From Candidatus Enterousia sp. (GTDB lineage: Bacteria > Pseudomonadota > Alphaproteobacteria > Rs-D84): a stretch of DNA of 64,000 nucleotides. Position numbers and translations under genes: made by a program. Shown piece by piece: positions 9,676-18,541 of the stretch. The stretch spans positions 71,183 to 135,182 of the forward strand of contig JAZNVZ010000002.1 of assembly GCA_045593065.1 (NCBI GenBank), in the 5' to 3' direction. The first letter of the stretch is position 1. Each line of letters begins with the position of its first letter. The notes under the pieces are model-generated. The model saw only the letters and a program-made list of their open reading frames with translations, was not told the DNA's origin and ran no database searches.

Positions 9676-11415
9676 TTATTCTGTTACAGGTTCTGGTTGA
9701 TAAATTTCGACATCGCGTGTCATGGCAATAAATTTTTCTGCGCGGCGCGCGGGCAATTCGTCCACTGGCACATCGCGCAAAGATTCCAATGCACCGACAA
9801 CAGAATTTGCAACTAATTCCATTGTTGTTTGCCAATCATTGTGTGCGCCACCTGTGGGTTCGGCAATAATGCCATCAATCACATTCAGGTTTGCCATGTC
9901 GCGCGCAGTTAATTTCATTGCGCTGGCGGCGGCGGCCTTGAATTTATTGTCGCGCCATAAAATGGATGCGCATGATTCAGGGGCAATCACAGAATAAATT
10001 GCGTTTTCCATCATTAAAACCTTGTCGCCAGTTCCAATCGCAATCGCGCCCCCAGAACCGCCTTGACCCACATTGACCGCAACATACGGTGTTTTGATAG
10101 CCAATCCTGTTGAAATTGCCGCGGCGACTGCCTGGGATTGACCGCGTTCTTCGCTTTCACGGCCAGCAAACGCCCCAGCAGTATCAAATAATGAAATCAC
10201 AGGTAGGTTAAAACGTTCGGCCAAACGCATCATACGGACGGCCTTGCGATAACCGTCAGGATTTGCCATACCAAAACGATGTTTTTGACGGGTTTCAATC
10301 GTACGACCAGATTCTTGGCCGATAATTACAGCCGGAATTCCGCGCCAAAAACCGATGCCACTGGCCATTGCGGGGTCTTCGGCATAACATCTGTCGCCGG
10401 CCAGGTATGTCCAATCGTCCACAATCCCGGCGATATAATCCAAGAAATGCGGTCTGTTTTCATGACGCGCCAACAATACTTTGTCATAAGCATCTGTTTC
10501 GCCCATGCCACGAATTTTTTTATCTTTGTCAAATTTTGGTGTTTGTACCTTGATAACCTTTGGGGTAATGGTTTGATGTGTTAATACGCGTAAAATGCGC
10601 GCAATGTTGTCGTGCAAATCTGCGCGCGCAGACACAATGTCGACCATACCGTGTTCGTATAAATAATCAGCGGTCTGGAAATTGCCAGGTAATTTTTCAC
10701 GAATGTTTTGTTCAATTACACGGCGTCCAGCAAACCCAATACGGGCGCCGGCCTCGGCAATATGGATGTCGCCCAACATGGCAAAAGACGCGGTTACGCC
10801 ACCAAATGTCGGGTCTGTTAAAACAACGATATATGGGATTTTTTTGTCGTGCAATTTGTTGACAGCCACGGTTGTGCGCGCCATTTGCATCAATGATAAA
10901 ATATTTTCTTGCATGCGTGCGCCACCACTGGATGTAACCATGACAAATGGTCGATTTAATTCAGCAGCGTGTTCCATCGCAGCAATAATTCCATCGCCAG
11001 CCACGCGCCCCATAGACCCCATCATGAAAAATCCGTTTAATACACAAATAGTAGAATCAATCCCGCCGATTTTTCCATCAGCCGCCACAACAGCATCCGG
11101 GTCCCCGGTATCTTCGCGGGCGGCGGCCAAGCGGTCTTGGTATGATTCGCGGTCAACGAATTCCAATGGGTCATCTGTGGATACAGGTAAATTTAATTTT
11201 TGCCAATTTGCATCATCGAATAATAAATTAAATCTTTGTTTTGGGGTCATAATAAACACATGACCACAACGCGGACATACATAATGATTATCCTTGTAAT
11301 CGCGATAATATACCAATTTTCCGCAAGATTCGCATTTAATCCACATCAATTTAGGAACGCGATCGTATCTTGTGCGTTCTTGGTTTTTTATGCCCGTTTT
11401 TGATTTGAAAAACAT
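9676..11415 (-). CDS. accDA: acetyl-CoA carboxylase carboxyltransferase, fused beta (AccD) and alpha (AccA) subunits
   Basis: N-terminus has the AccD Zn-ribbon (CESCGK...CPRCGH) and CT-beta domain; C-terminal half aligns to AccA from about residue 70 (RPHFLDYI...GQESGR...LPVISLFDTAGAF...GGSGGAIAIG); one continuous 579-aa ORF. Confidence 0.8.
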   Translation of the reverse strand: MFFKSKTGIKNQERTRYDRVPKLMWIKCESCGKLVYYRDYKDNHYVCPRCGHVFIMTPKQRFNLLFDDANWQKLNLPVSTDDPLEFVDRESYQDRLAAAREDTGDPDAVVAADGKIGGIDSTICVLNGFFMMGSMGRVAGDGIIAAMEHAAELNRPFVMVTSSGGARMQENILSLMQMARTTVAVNKLHDKKIPYIVVLTDPTFGGVTASFAMLGDIHIAEAGARIGFAGRRVIEQNIREKLPGNFQTADYLYEHGMVDIVSARADLHDNIARILRVLTHQTITPKVIKVQTPKFDKDKKIRGMGETDAYDKVLLARHENRPHFLDYIAGIVDDWTYLAGDRCYAEDPAMASGIGFWRGIPAVIIGQESGRTIETRQKHRFGMANPDGYRKAVRMMRLAERFNLPVISLFDTAGAFAGRESEERGQSQAVAAAISTGLAIKTPYVAVNVGQGGSGGAIAIGTGDKVLMMENAIYSVIAPESCASILWRDNKFKAAAASAMKLTARDMANLNVIDGIIAEPTGGAHNDWQTTMELVANSVVGALESLRDVPVDELPARRAEKFIAMTRDVEIYQPEPVTE

Positions 11416-11419
11416 GTGT

Positions 11420-11698
11420 TTATCCGTTCATTTTTTTGGTTAATTCGCGGCTGGGTTTGAACAAAATGGTTGTGTTCGCAGCAATCGCCTGGGGGCGGCC
11501 CGTTGACGGATTATACCCAATTTTAGCCGCACGATTGCGCGGCTGGAAAGTGCCAAAACCGCGAATTTCGATACGGTCGCCATTTGCCACCGCGTCAATC
11601 ATAGATTCGGTAACAGTATCCAACATGGCCGCGGCATCGTTTGTGCGCATGCGTTTAAAACTGACCTGGATACTGCGAATAACGTCAGAACGTTTCAT
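11420..11698 (-). CDS. IHF/HU family DNA-binding protein
   Basis: HU/IHF fold signature (RIEIRGFGTFQPRNRAAKIGYNPSTG...ILFKPS); start taken at ATG MKRSD (track start is a TTG). Confidence 0.8.
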   Translation of the reverse strand: MKRSDVIRSIQVSFKRMRTNDAAAMLDTVTESMIDAVANGDRIEIRGFGTFQPRNRAAKIGYNPSTGRPQAIAANTTILFKPSRELTKKMNG

Positions 11699-11799
11699 AG
11701 TTTGTAATCCTTTTGTTATTACTGACAATTTAGCAAATCAGGCAAATATATCAAGTGTTTTTTATGAAATATGCGGTTTTAGGAATTTAATGAAATGGA

Positions 11800-12045
11800 T
11801 TATCTGGTTTTGAATTCTTTGTAAAAAACAGGGGTGTATGTTGGGCATATGGCGGGCGTATCAGGGGTGGATAAAACAGGGAATGTGTTGTTTGTAATAT
11901 TATTTTGTTTAACTGGTTCGGTTTTTTCATAACTAATAGAATTGCAAATCAATACCCATCCCGCAGAAACCAGCAGGGCGGCGGTCACGGATACAATAGC
12001 CCTGATTCCAGATATTTTTTGCTCTTCGGTTAGGCGCGATTTCAT
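11800..12045 (-). CDS. small membrane protein (81 aa), hypothetical
   Basis: ATG MKSRLTEEQ followed by a single TM helix (IRAIVSVTAALLVSAGWVLI); weak support. Confidence 0.3.
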   Translation of the reverse strand: MKSRLTEEQKISGIRAIVSVTAALLVSAGWVLICNSISYEKTEPVKQNNITNNTFPVLSTPDTPAICPTYTPVFYKEFKTR

Positions 12046-12209
12046 AATGTTATCCCGAATTTTGTATTGCTTTCGTATAATTAAAACACAAAATGCATAA
12101 TTTGTCAATACGATTTTTGTAAAAAAAATTGGTGCAATCCAGAACCAATGTTTTTTGTTTTTGTCCACAAACAACAAAAGCCCGCACATTCGGGGCTTTC
12201 GTTGTTTTG

Positions 12210-12455
12210 TTATCTAATTTTTCTGGCAAATGCAGAAATACCTGCGCCCGTCACAATAGAAACTGTACCGGCAACAACTTTGACAATATCTGACTTTTTC
12301 TGTTGTGATGTCCGCACTGTTTCAGATGCGCATGCACCATTGAAAATAAATATAAATCCAGCAATGGCCAAAATAAATGCCAACCCGTCAAAGCCAACAG
12401 TTCTTTTGACATTGTCGCTTTCTTTTTTTATTTCGTTTTTAATATTGTTTTTCAT
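12210..12455 (-). CDS. small hypothetical protein (81 aa) with hydrophobic segment
   Basis: ORF with a TM-like segment (LAFILAIAGFIFIF) and a downstream hairpin terminator at 12174-12212. Confidence 0.35.
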   Translation of the reverse strand: MKNNIKNEIKKESDNVKRTVGFDGLAFILAIAGFIFIFNGACASETVRTSQQKKSDIVKVVAGTVSIVTGAGISAFARKIR

Positions 12456-12779
12456 TGTTTATCCTTTTAGCTGGCACTAATATAATACAAAAAAATAGTT
12501 TGTCAAGATATATCGTGCCGAATTCTCCCCTAAAAATTTTGTTTGTTTTGCGTGAGTTTTGCATTCACGCCAGGGTTATTGGGCTGTTGTGTTTATCAAT
12601 TTGCACCATAGCGATTCGATATTTAGGGTTATCGAACCAGTAATCCTGTACTTTCTTAGGTGGTGCGACAGCATAACCATTGTCCTGTTTTGTCGCGCCA
12701 ATCTTGGGCAAAGCCCGAAAGTCGATTTATTGTAGCAAAAAAAATTATTTAATGCAAATGTTTTTTTGTGTGCTGCGAA

Positions 12780-13345
12780 TTTCTTGGCATTCCAATCGTC
12801 ACCCCGCCGCAGGGCGGGGCCCAGTTGGCGCAATGCGCCAACTTGTGTAATAAAGCAAAAAAACACAAGTTTTGCGGAACGCAAAACTGGATACCGCGCG
12901 TCCGCGGTATGACGGGACTGTTTATTCCCCCGCCACAAAATCGTCACCCCGCCGCATAATCGTCATTCCGGCGCATGCCGGAATCCAGTTTGCGGAGCAA
13001 ACTTGCTCACTTATTACACAAGTCCGCCTATGGCGGACTGGATACCGCGCGAAATTCGCCCACGAAAATTTGCAATTTTCGCGGGGCCCGAAACCGCGGT
13101 ATGACGATTCTGTGGCGGAATCATCAAAATTCAAATAACACAAAAAATATTTGTGATTATAATCAAAATATGATACAATACCCAGCGACAGGTAAGGGAG
13201 AAAACCAATGAAACCCGCAGACAACAAGTAGATGACGCAAACGAAGTTTGCGGAATCGTCACGGTTGCCCCGCAGTCACGGCGCCGGGAGCGCAGCGAAC
13301 GCAGGCGGACGAGGGAATCCTACACACACCTGGAAACGAACGGAG
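12780..13345. repeat. GC-rich cluster of short palindromic repeat units (REP/MITE-like) in an otherwise AT-rich intergenic region
   Basis: Recurring units: aatcgtcaccccgccgc (x2), ATTCCGGCGCATGCCGGAAT inverted repeat, tggataccgcgcg...cgcggtatgacg (x2), tttgcggaacgcaaa / tttgcggagcaaac, tgaaacccgcaga (x2); no credible ORF. Confidence 0.6.
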
Positions 13346-13377
13346 AGATAATTATGAACAACCTGAAACCCGCAGAA

Positions 13378-13412
<35 letters not shown>

Positions 13413-13505
13413 TAGATAACATCTATTGGATGACAGATTATTAATATCGACTGGGCGCGGATGCGTTCGGTCGATATTTTTTTACATATAACGAAAGGAG
13501 AAAAC

Positions 13506-13868
13506 ATGAAACGAATTTTAGTTTTTGCGATTGGCGCGCTGTTTTTGCTGGATGGCCATGCGGCGTTGGTTGTGAATAATAATGGTCCGCAAAAGGATTG
13601 GCAAAACAATATAGAATACCAAGAAGCGCAAGAAATCGCGGCATTAGAAAACGATATTCGTTTATTGGATGCAGAAATTGCAAAGTGTCAAAAAAAGAAA
13701 AAAGCATGGACTGCGGCAACCATCGTTGGTGGCGTGGGTGTTTTGGCGACAGGAACTGCGGCGATAGTTCAAGCGTCCAAGAAAAAAGAACAAAAAACAG
13801 AATTGTCGTCCAAGCAAACAGAACTGAAACAGGCGCAGACAGAGTTAAACAGGTTAAAAAAGGATTAA
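13506..13868 (+). CDS. secreted/membrane coiled-coil protein, first of a tandem paralog pair
   Basis: AAGGAG SD then ATG; signal peptide (MKRILVFAIGALFLLDGHA), coiled coil, Gly-rich TM segment (AATIVGGVGVLATGTAAIVQ), then charged tail. Confidence 0.55.
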   Translation: MKRILVFAIGALFLLDGHAALVVNNNGPQKDWQNNIEYQEAQEIAALENDIRLLDAEIAKCQKKKKAWTAATIVGGVGVLATGTAAIVQASKKKEQKTELSSKQTELKQAQTELNRLKKD

Positions 13869-13871
13869 AGA

Positions 13872-14744
13872 ATGAAAAAATATGCGATTATTGGAATAAT
13901 AGTTGGGCTGATACCGACATATGTGTTTGGTGCCAGTGTGCGGTATAACCAGTTGATAGAAAAAAAGCAACGCAAGATGCAAGAATTAGAAAAATGCACA
14001 GGGAATGTAAATGCTTGGAAAATCGCTGGCATATCAACGACTGGATTGACGGCGGTTGGTGTTGCTGGCAATGTTGTGTTGGCAAAACAACGTGGTGATT
14101 TGGACAAAAGTATTCAAAACACAACGAACCAAATAAGCACAACCAAAGACAAGATAGCTGAATTAAAAGCAAAAAAACAAAAATCAGGGCCCAGCGAAAC
14201 AGAACAAACCCCTGCGCAACCGGAAACCCCTGCAACAGAATCTGACAACACTTGGCAAACATTGACCGATGAACAAATGAAAGAATTCTGTTATTCGCTT
14301 GTATACAATGATGAGTCGAACGACAATCTATTTGATGACGATGCTTTTCAAGAACTGAGTGATTATTATTATGAAGATGAAGGAAGGAAGCCTGTCTATG
14401 GATTTTCTAATGACGTGGATGGAGAAAAACCTGATTATTATAATTATGACTCCTCAACACGTACATGTACGTTTATATATGTGGATAAGGAAACCCGATA
14501 TGCTGGGGTGGCCTGTATCAAATTTCCAGAAATAAAGGTAGTAAAAGTCGCAGACGGCAGTGCATCAGAAGATGCAGACGACGAATGGGATATAGACGGT
14601 AAGGTTTTTACGCTGGACTTTGAAGAAGATGGTGAGTCATATTGGGTTGGCAACAAAACGCGGTTGGATGACAATGATGCCGCTTCAAGTAATTATATAA
14701 ATGAAAACCAAGAGTATTGTATAAAAACCAGCGCCAGTCATTAA
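13872..14744 (+). CDS. secreted/membrane coiled-coil protein with acidic C-terminal domain, second of the tandem paralog pair
   Basis: Same architecture as 13506 ORF (signal, coiled coil, C-x-G-N...AWKIAGISTTGLTAVGVAGNVVLA TM segment) plus a 170 aa D/E-rich C-terminal extension. Confidence 0.6.
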   Translation: MKKYAIIGIIVGLIPTYVFGASVRYNQLIEKKQRKMQELEKCTGNVNAWKIAGISTTGLTAVGVAGNVVLAKQRGDLDKSIQNTTNQISTTKDKIAELKAKKQKSGPSETEQTPAQPETPATESDNTWQTLTDEQMKEFCYSLVYNDESNDNLFDDDAFQELSDYYYEDEGRKPVYGFSNDVDGEKPDYYNYDSSTRTCTFIYVDKETRYAGVACIKFPEIKVVKVADGSASEDADDEWDIDGKVFTLDFEEDGESYWVGNKTRLDDNDAASSNYINENQEYCIKTSASH

Positions 14745-15219
14745 TTAACCCGCACCGCCCGTTTGTCCTGTTTTATCATGATGAAAACAGATGGGCGGTT
14801 TTCCCCCGATAAACAATAAAAAAGTAGGGCGAAAGGATTGGCTCGGCATAAATGCCTGCGCCGCATTCGTTAGCACTCAAACTTCGCAAGGCTCGTTTTC
14901 GTTTACTCATAATCGAACCAGACAACTTCGTTGTGATGTATCAAATCCAAATTTCGCAACGATCACAAAATTAAAACCACCATAAAGGTGGTTTGAATTT
15001 TCTGGTCGGGGGCAATTCCCCCTCGATACACAATAACAAAAATCTATAAAAATTCGTGGGGACAAAAACTCCATTTTTATGATTTTTTTAATTGTGTATT
15101 CTCGTATTCACCATGCGTGTCTTGTTGGCTGTCGCCAACAAAAACTTCGTTTTCAAACGGCACCTGTCGTGCCGTTGACACTCTGGCGCATCCTTTCGCC
15201 CCGATGTAAACAGTTTAAT

Positions 15220-15253
15220 AAAAAAAGACCATCTTGTGATGGTCTTTTTTTAT
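15220..15253. terminator. hairpin terminator immediately 3' of tRNA-Pro
   Basis: agaccatc-ttgt-gatggtct flanked by A7 and T6. Confidence 0.6.
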
Positions 15254-15259
15254 TAAATC

Positions 15260-15336
15260 TGGTCGGGGCGAAAGGATTCGAACCTTCGACACCTTGGTCC
15301 CAAACCAAGTACTCTACCAGACTGAGCTACGCCCCG
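15260..15336 (-). tRNA. tRNA-Pro (anticodon TGG)
   Basis: Reverse complement CGGGGCGTAGCTCAG...anticodon loop TTTGGGA...TTCGAATCC...CGCCCCGACCA; 77 nt with CCA. Confidence 0.85.
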
Positions 15337-15435
15337 AAACAGACCACAGTATAACATGTTTTTTACTGATTGCAAGTGCAATTCTTAAAAAATATCTTGT
15401 GTATTTTATGTGTTTTGTTTTAGAATATTTATGAA

Positions 15436-16425
15436 ATGAAGGGATTGTTCAAAATTTTGCCTGTGTTATTAGTGCTGGTGCCGTTGGCGGGGTACGGGCG
15501 CAATGTCGTGTCGCGCGCTGCCCGGGTGACCAGTACGCCAACAGCAGGATACACATACAATTATATGTACCCTTATTTGAATAATCAAATGCGCCAGACA
15601 TTAAATCCAGGTGATGCCAATGACCAGAGTACCAGTCCTATAAATGTTTTGGTGCGTACCACACCAATGGCGGCGGCCCAAAATACCCAGGTTCGAAATG
15701 TTGCGCCGCGCCGGGCATCGCGTTCGGCGATAAATGCGGGTGGGGCAACGCCCAACAATAATCAAACAGTGGCGCGTTCCGCGCGGGGCAGTTATGCGCC
15801 AGCAACGGCAGTATCAAATATATCAAACGCGAATCGCAATGTTGCGCCGCGGCGGGCGGTTGCGCGTTCTGGGCGTTCAAATAATGCGTCAACAGTGGCA
15901 ACTGTGAATTATGCGGTTGGGGGCCGTTATGTGTCGTCCAGTCAATGCTTGTCTGATTATATGGAATGTATGAACAGTTATTGTGTGCGCACAGATATGC
16001 CGTATAATCGTTGTTTTTGCAGTTCTCGGTTGGCCCAGATTGATGGAACATACCAACCGCAAATTGATTCGTTGGTGCAACAGGTTTTGCGCGCCCGTGA
16101 TACAACCGCGTGGACAGATGCGGAAATGGCAACATATTGGTATGAAAATATTGGACAATATGTCGGCGAAAATACTTGGCAAAATCTGGACGATGCATTG
16201 GATATTGATTGGTCTGATGCAGGTGAACGTATGCGCGGTCAAAATGCCTATCTGGCGGGACACGAATATTGCGTGAATAATTTGAAAAATTGCGCGTATG
16301 CATCGCCAAATATGCGTGATTTATATCGGTCTGAAATTTCGCGTGATTGTACGGATTATGAAAATTCGTTAAAACGGTTAAAGACCGCATTGGAATCTGT
16401 GTTGGAAACATATCAAAATCAATAA
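15436..16425 (+). CDS. secreted protein with Ala/Arg/Asn-rich repeats and C-terminal Cys-motif domain
   Basis: Signal peptide; repeated NVAPRRA...ARS units; C-terminal CLSDYMECMNSYC motif resembling CTEKFMKCLTEFC in the 22392 product. Confidence 0.55.
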   Translation: MKGLFKILPVLLVLVPLAGYGRNVVSRAARVTSTPTAGYTYNYMYPYLNNQMRQTLNPGDANDQSTSPINVLVRTTPMAAAQNTQVRNVAPRRASRSAINAGGATPNNNQTVARSARGSYAPATAVSNISNANRNVAPRRAVARSGRSNNASTVATVNYAVGGRYVSSSQCLSDYMECMNSYCVRTDMPYNRCFCSSRLAQIDGTYQPQIDSLVQQVLRARDTTAWTDAEMATYWYENIGQYVGENTWQNLDDALDIDWSDAGERMRGQNAYLAGHEYCVNNLKNCAYASPNMRDLYRSEISRDCTDYENSLKRLKTALESVLETYQNQ

Positions 16426-16604
16426 GTTTCGCACATTTTATTGTGGCGATAAATATTGCGTGCTAAATCATCGCTGATAACATCCCAATCTGGGGCGTGC
16501 CCGAAAATTAAATCGCAATCGTGGTGTGTTTCAATCGGCAATGGTGTATTTTGCGCGCAAGATGTTACGAATATCGCGCATCCCAGTACGATAAGTTTCT
16601 GCAT
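16419..16604 (-). CDS. small putative lipoprotein (61 aa)
   Basis: AAGGAA SD, signal peptide with lipobox-like VTSC; overlaps the next ORF by 74 nt. Confidence 0.35.
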   Translation of the reverse strand: MQKLIVLGCAIFVTSCAQNTPLPIETHHDCDLIFGHAPDWDVISDDLARNIYRHNKMCETY

Positions 16605-16758
16605 TTATTTTTTCCTTTTTTATTGTTTGGGTTTGGTTGTGTTCGATGGTTTGTGTGATTATTTCTTGGGTGCATTTGGTGCGACCAACATGATGCCCAA
16701 TTAAATATATTCCCATCAATAGTGCGATAATTGCGCCATATAAATATATTTTAGTCAT
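16531..16758 (-). CDS. small membrane protein (75 aa), hypothetical
   Basis: AAGGA SD then ATG MTKIYLYG, one TM helix; overlaps 16419-16604 in another frame. Confidence 0.3.
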   Translation of the reverse strand: MTKIYLYGAIIALLMGIYLIGHHVGRTKCTQEIITQTIEHNQTQTIKKEKINAETYRTGMRDIRNILRAKYTIAD

Positions 16759-16769
16759 GTGAATCCTTT

Positions 16770-16800
16770 GATAAAAAAAAGACACCCGAATGGGTGTCTG
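16770..16800 (-). terminator. rho-independent terminator downstream of rho
   Basis: gacaccc-gaat-gggtgtc hairpin followed by T8 on the minus strand. Confidence 0.65.
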
Positions 16801-16822
16801 GATAATTTTTTGCTGATGTTTT

Positions 16823-18091
16823 TTACTGATTCATAGAATTGAAAAAATCATCGTTCGTTTTTGTTACGCGTAATTTATCCAATACAAATTCCATTGCCTC
16901 GGCCACGCCCATTGGGTTGATAACGCGGCGCAAAACATATGTTTTAGACAATATTTCTTTGCTGACCAACAAATCATCTTTGCGTGTGCCAGATTTTGTG
17001 ATGTCAATAGCAGGATAAATGCGTTTGTCGGACAATTTTCTGTCCAAAATAATTTCGCTGTTGCCGGTTCCTTTGAATTCTTCAAAAATAACCTCGTCCA
17101 TTTTGGAACCCGTATCAATCAAAGCAGTTGCGATAATTGTCAATGAACCACCACCTTCGATATTACGGGCGGCGCCAAAGAATCTTTTTGGTCTTTGCAA
17201 TGCGTACGCATCAACACCACCGGTTAAAACCTTGCCAGATGATGGAACGCAAGTGTTGTATGCGCGCCCCAAACGGGTGATAGAATCCAACAAAATCACG
17301 ACATCTTGGCCGGATTCAACCAATCTTTTTGCCTTTTCGATAACCATTTCTGCCACCTGGATATGGCGGGCGGCCGGTTCGTCAAATGTAGATGAAATTA
17401 CTTCGCCTTTGACACTGCGTTGCATATCGGTCACTTCTTCGGGGCGTTCATCAATCAACAAAACAATCAGTTTTACATCTGGATAATTTGTTGCGATAGA
17501 ATGCGCAATATTTTGCAACATAATTGTTTTACCAGTGCGTGGTGGCGCAACAATCAGTGAACGTTGCCCTTTGCCGGTTGGAGAAATCAAATCGATAACG
17601 CGTGCGGTTAAATTACGACCTTTGTCGGTATCGGTTGGAACCTCCATTTTCAGCATTTCATCTGGATAAAGTGGGGTCATGTCATCAAAAGAAATACGAT
17701 GACGCAATTTTTCAGGTGTGTCGCCGTTAACCTTTTCAATAGTTTCCAATGCAAAATAACGTTCGGATTCGTTTTGTGGTGCTTGGATTATACCTTCGAT
17801 ATAATCGCCAGTTTTCAAACCGTATTTTTTAATCAAATTTGGCGATACATACAAATCGTCCGGCCCCGCCAGATAATTACTTTCTGGGGCGCGCAAAAAT
17901 CCGTATCCATCAGGCAGACGTTCCAATACGCCATCACCGATTAACACGACATCCTTGTCCGCCGCATAAACGCGCATAACGGCAAAACGTAATTGCTGAA
18001 CATTTAATTGCGATGGGTTTTCAATACCCATATCTTCGGCAATTTTTAACAGTTGCTGTGGCGATTTTGCCTTTAATTCATTAATATTCAT
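16823..18091 (-). CDS. rho: transcription termination factor Rho
   Basis: N-terminal RNA-binding domain, RecA-like ATPase (PPRTGKT Walker A), 422 aa, high identity to the canonical Rho pattern throughout. Confidence 0.92.
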   Translation of the reverse strand: MNINELKAKSPQQLLKIAEDMGIENPSQLNVQQLRFAVMRVYAADKDVVLIGDGVLERLPDGYGFLRAPESNYLAGPDDLYVSPNLIKKYGLKTGDYIEGIIQAPQNESERYFALETIEKVNGDTPEKLRHRISFDDMTPLYPDEMLKMEVPTDTDKGRNLTARVIDLISPTGKGQRSLIVAPPRTGKTIMLQNIAHSIATNYPDVKLIVLLIDERPEEVTDMQRSVKGEVISSTFDEPAARHIQVAEMVIEKAKRLVESGQDVVILLDSITRLGRAYNTCVPSSGKVLTGGVDAYALQRPKRFFGAARNIEGGGSLTIIATALIDTGSKMDEVIFEEFKGTGNSEIILDRKLSDKRIYPAIDITKSGTRKDDLLVSKEILSKTYVLRRVINPMGVAEAMEFVLDKLRVTKTNDDFFNSMNQ

Positions 18092-18229
18092 AAAAAGTCC
18101 TTTTGGAAAATTGGGCAGAATTCGCCCGTTGAGATAGGCATATTATATACAAATTTGATAAAAATGTCAAGAAATAAAGAAAACGCACTTGAATTTTTGG
18201 TAATTTTGGTTTAGAATATGCCGTGCGTT

Positions 18230-18306
18230 GCGCCCATGGCTCAACTGGATAGAGCAACAGATTTCTAATCTGTGGGTTGCAGGTTCGAGTCCTGCTGGGC
18301 GCGCCA
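18230..18306 (+). tRNA. tRNA-Arg (anticodon TCT)
   Basis: GCGCCCATGGCTCAACTGGATAGAGC...anticodon loop TTTCTAA...GGTTCGAGTCC...GGGCGCGCCA; 77 nt. Confidence 0.85.
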
Positions 18307-18488
18307 TCCGTCTTTGCTAACGCAAATCCGCGATTAGCAATTTTTTTATTATGTGGAATTAGCAGGACGAGAACCGACCAAAGTTGCGTCAGCAACGACA
18401 GGTTCGACAACGAGTAGATTTTGCAAACAAAGTGCAGCAAAATCGTTAGGAATGCCCCACAGCCGGCACAATTTTGTGCCGAGCGAGG

Positions 18489-18508
18489 GAGTCCTGCTGG
18501 GCGCGCCA
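18489..18508 (+). repeat. 20 bp direct repeat of the tRNA-Arg 3' end (gagtcctgctgggcgcgcca), 182 bp downstream of the gene
   Basis: Exact copy of tRNA positions 18287-18306; att-like scar. Confidence 0.75.
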
Positions 18509-18514
18509 TAAATT

Positions 18515-18541
18515 CAAAACCGCCAACCTGGCGGCTTTTTA
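18515..18541. terminator. hairpin terminator (aaaccgccaacctggcggcttttt)
   Basis: GC stem with T-run; sits at the 3' end of the convergent 18539-19684 gene. Confidence 0.55.

Noticed and set aside
10682-11263. 193-aa plus-strand ORF inside accDA
   Set aside because: It is antisense to the accDA carboxyltransferase ORF, which is well conserved along its entire length.
12576-13227. Several 60-120-aa ORFs in the track (12576-12947 -, 12768-12959 +, 12872-13138 +, 12922-13227 -, 12975-13211 +) inside the GC-rich repeat block
   Set aside because: They overlap each other in multiple frames and have no SD and no motifs. They coincide with palindromic repeat units. They are most likely artefacts of GC-rich repeats in an AT-rich genome.
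15638-16411. 257-aa minus-strand ORF antisense to the 15436-16425 secreted protein gene
   Set aside because: It is fully contained in and antisense to a better-supported gene. Its odd His/Pro/Gln-rich composition is typical of reverse-frame translation.
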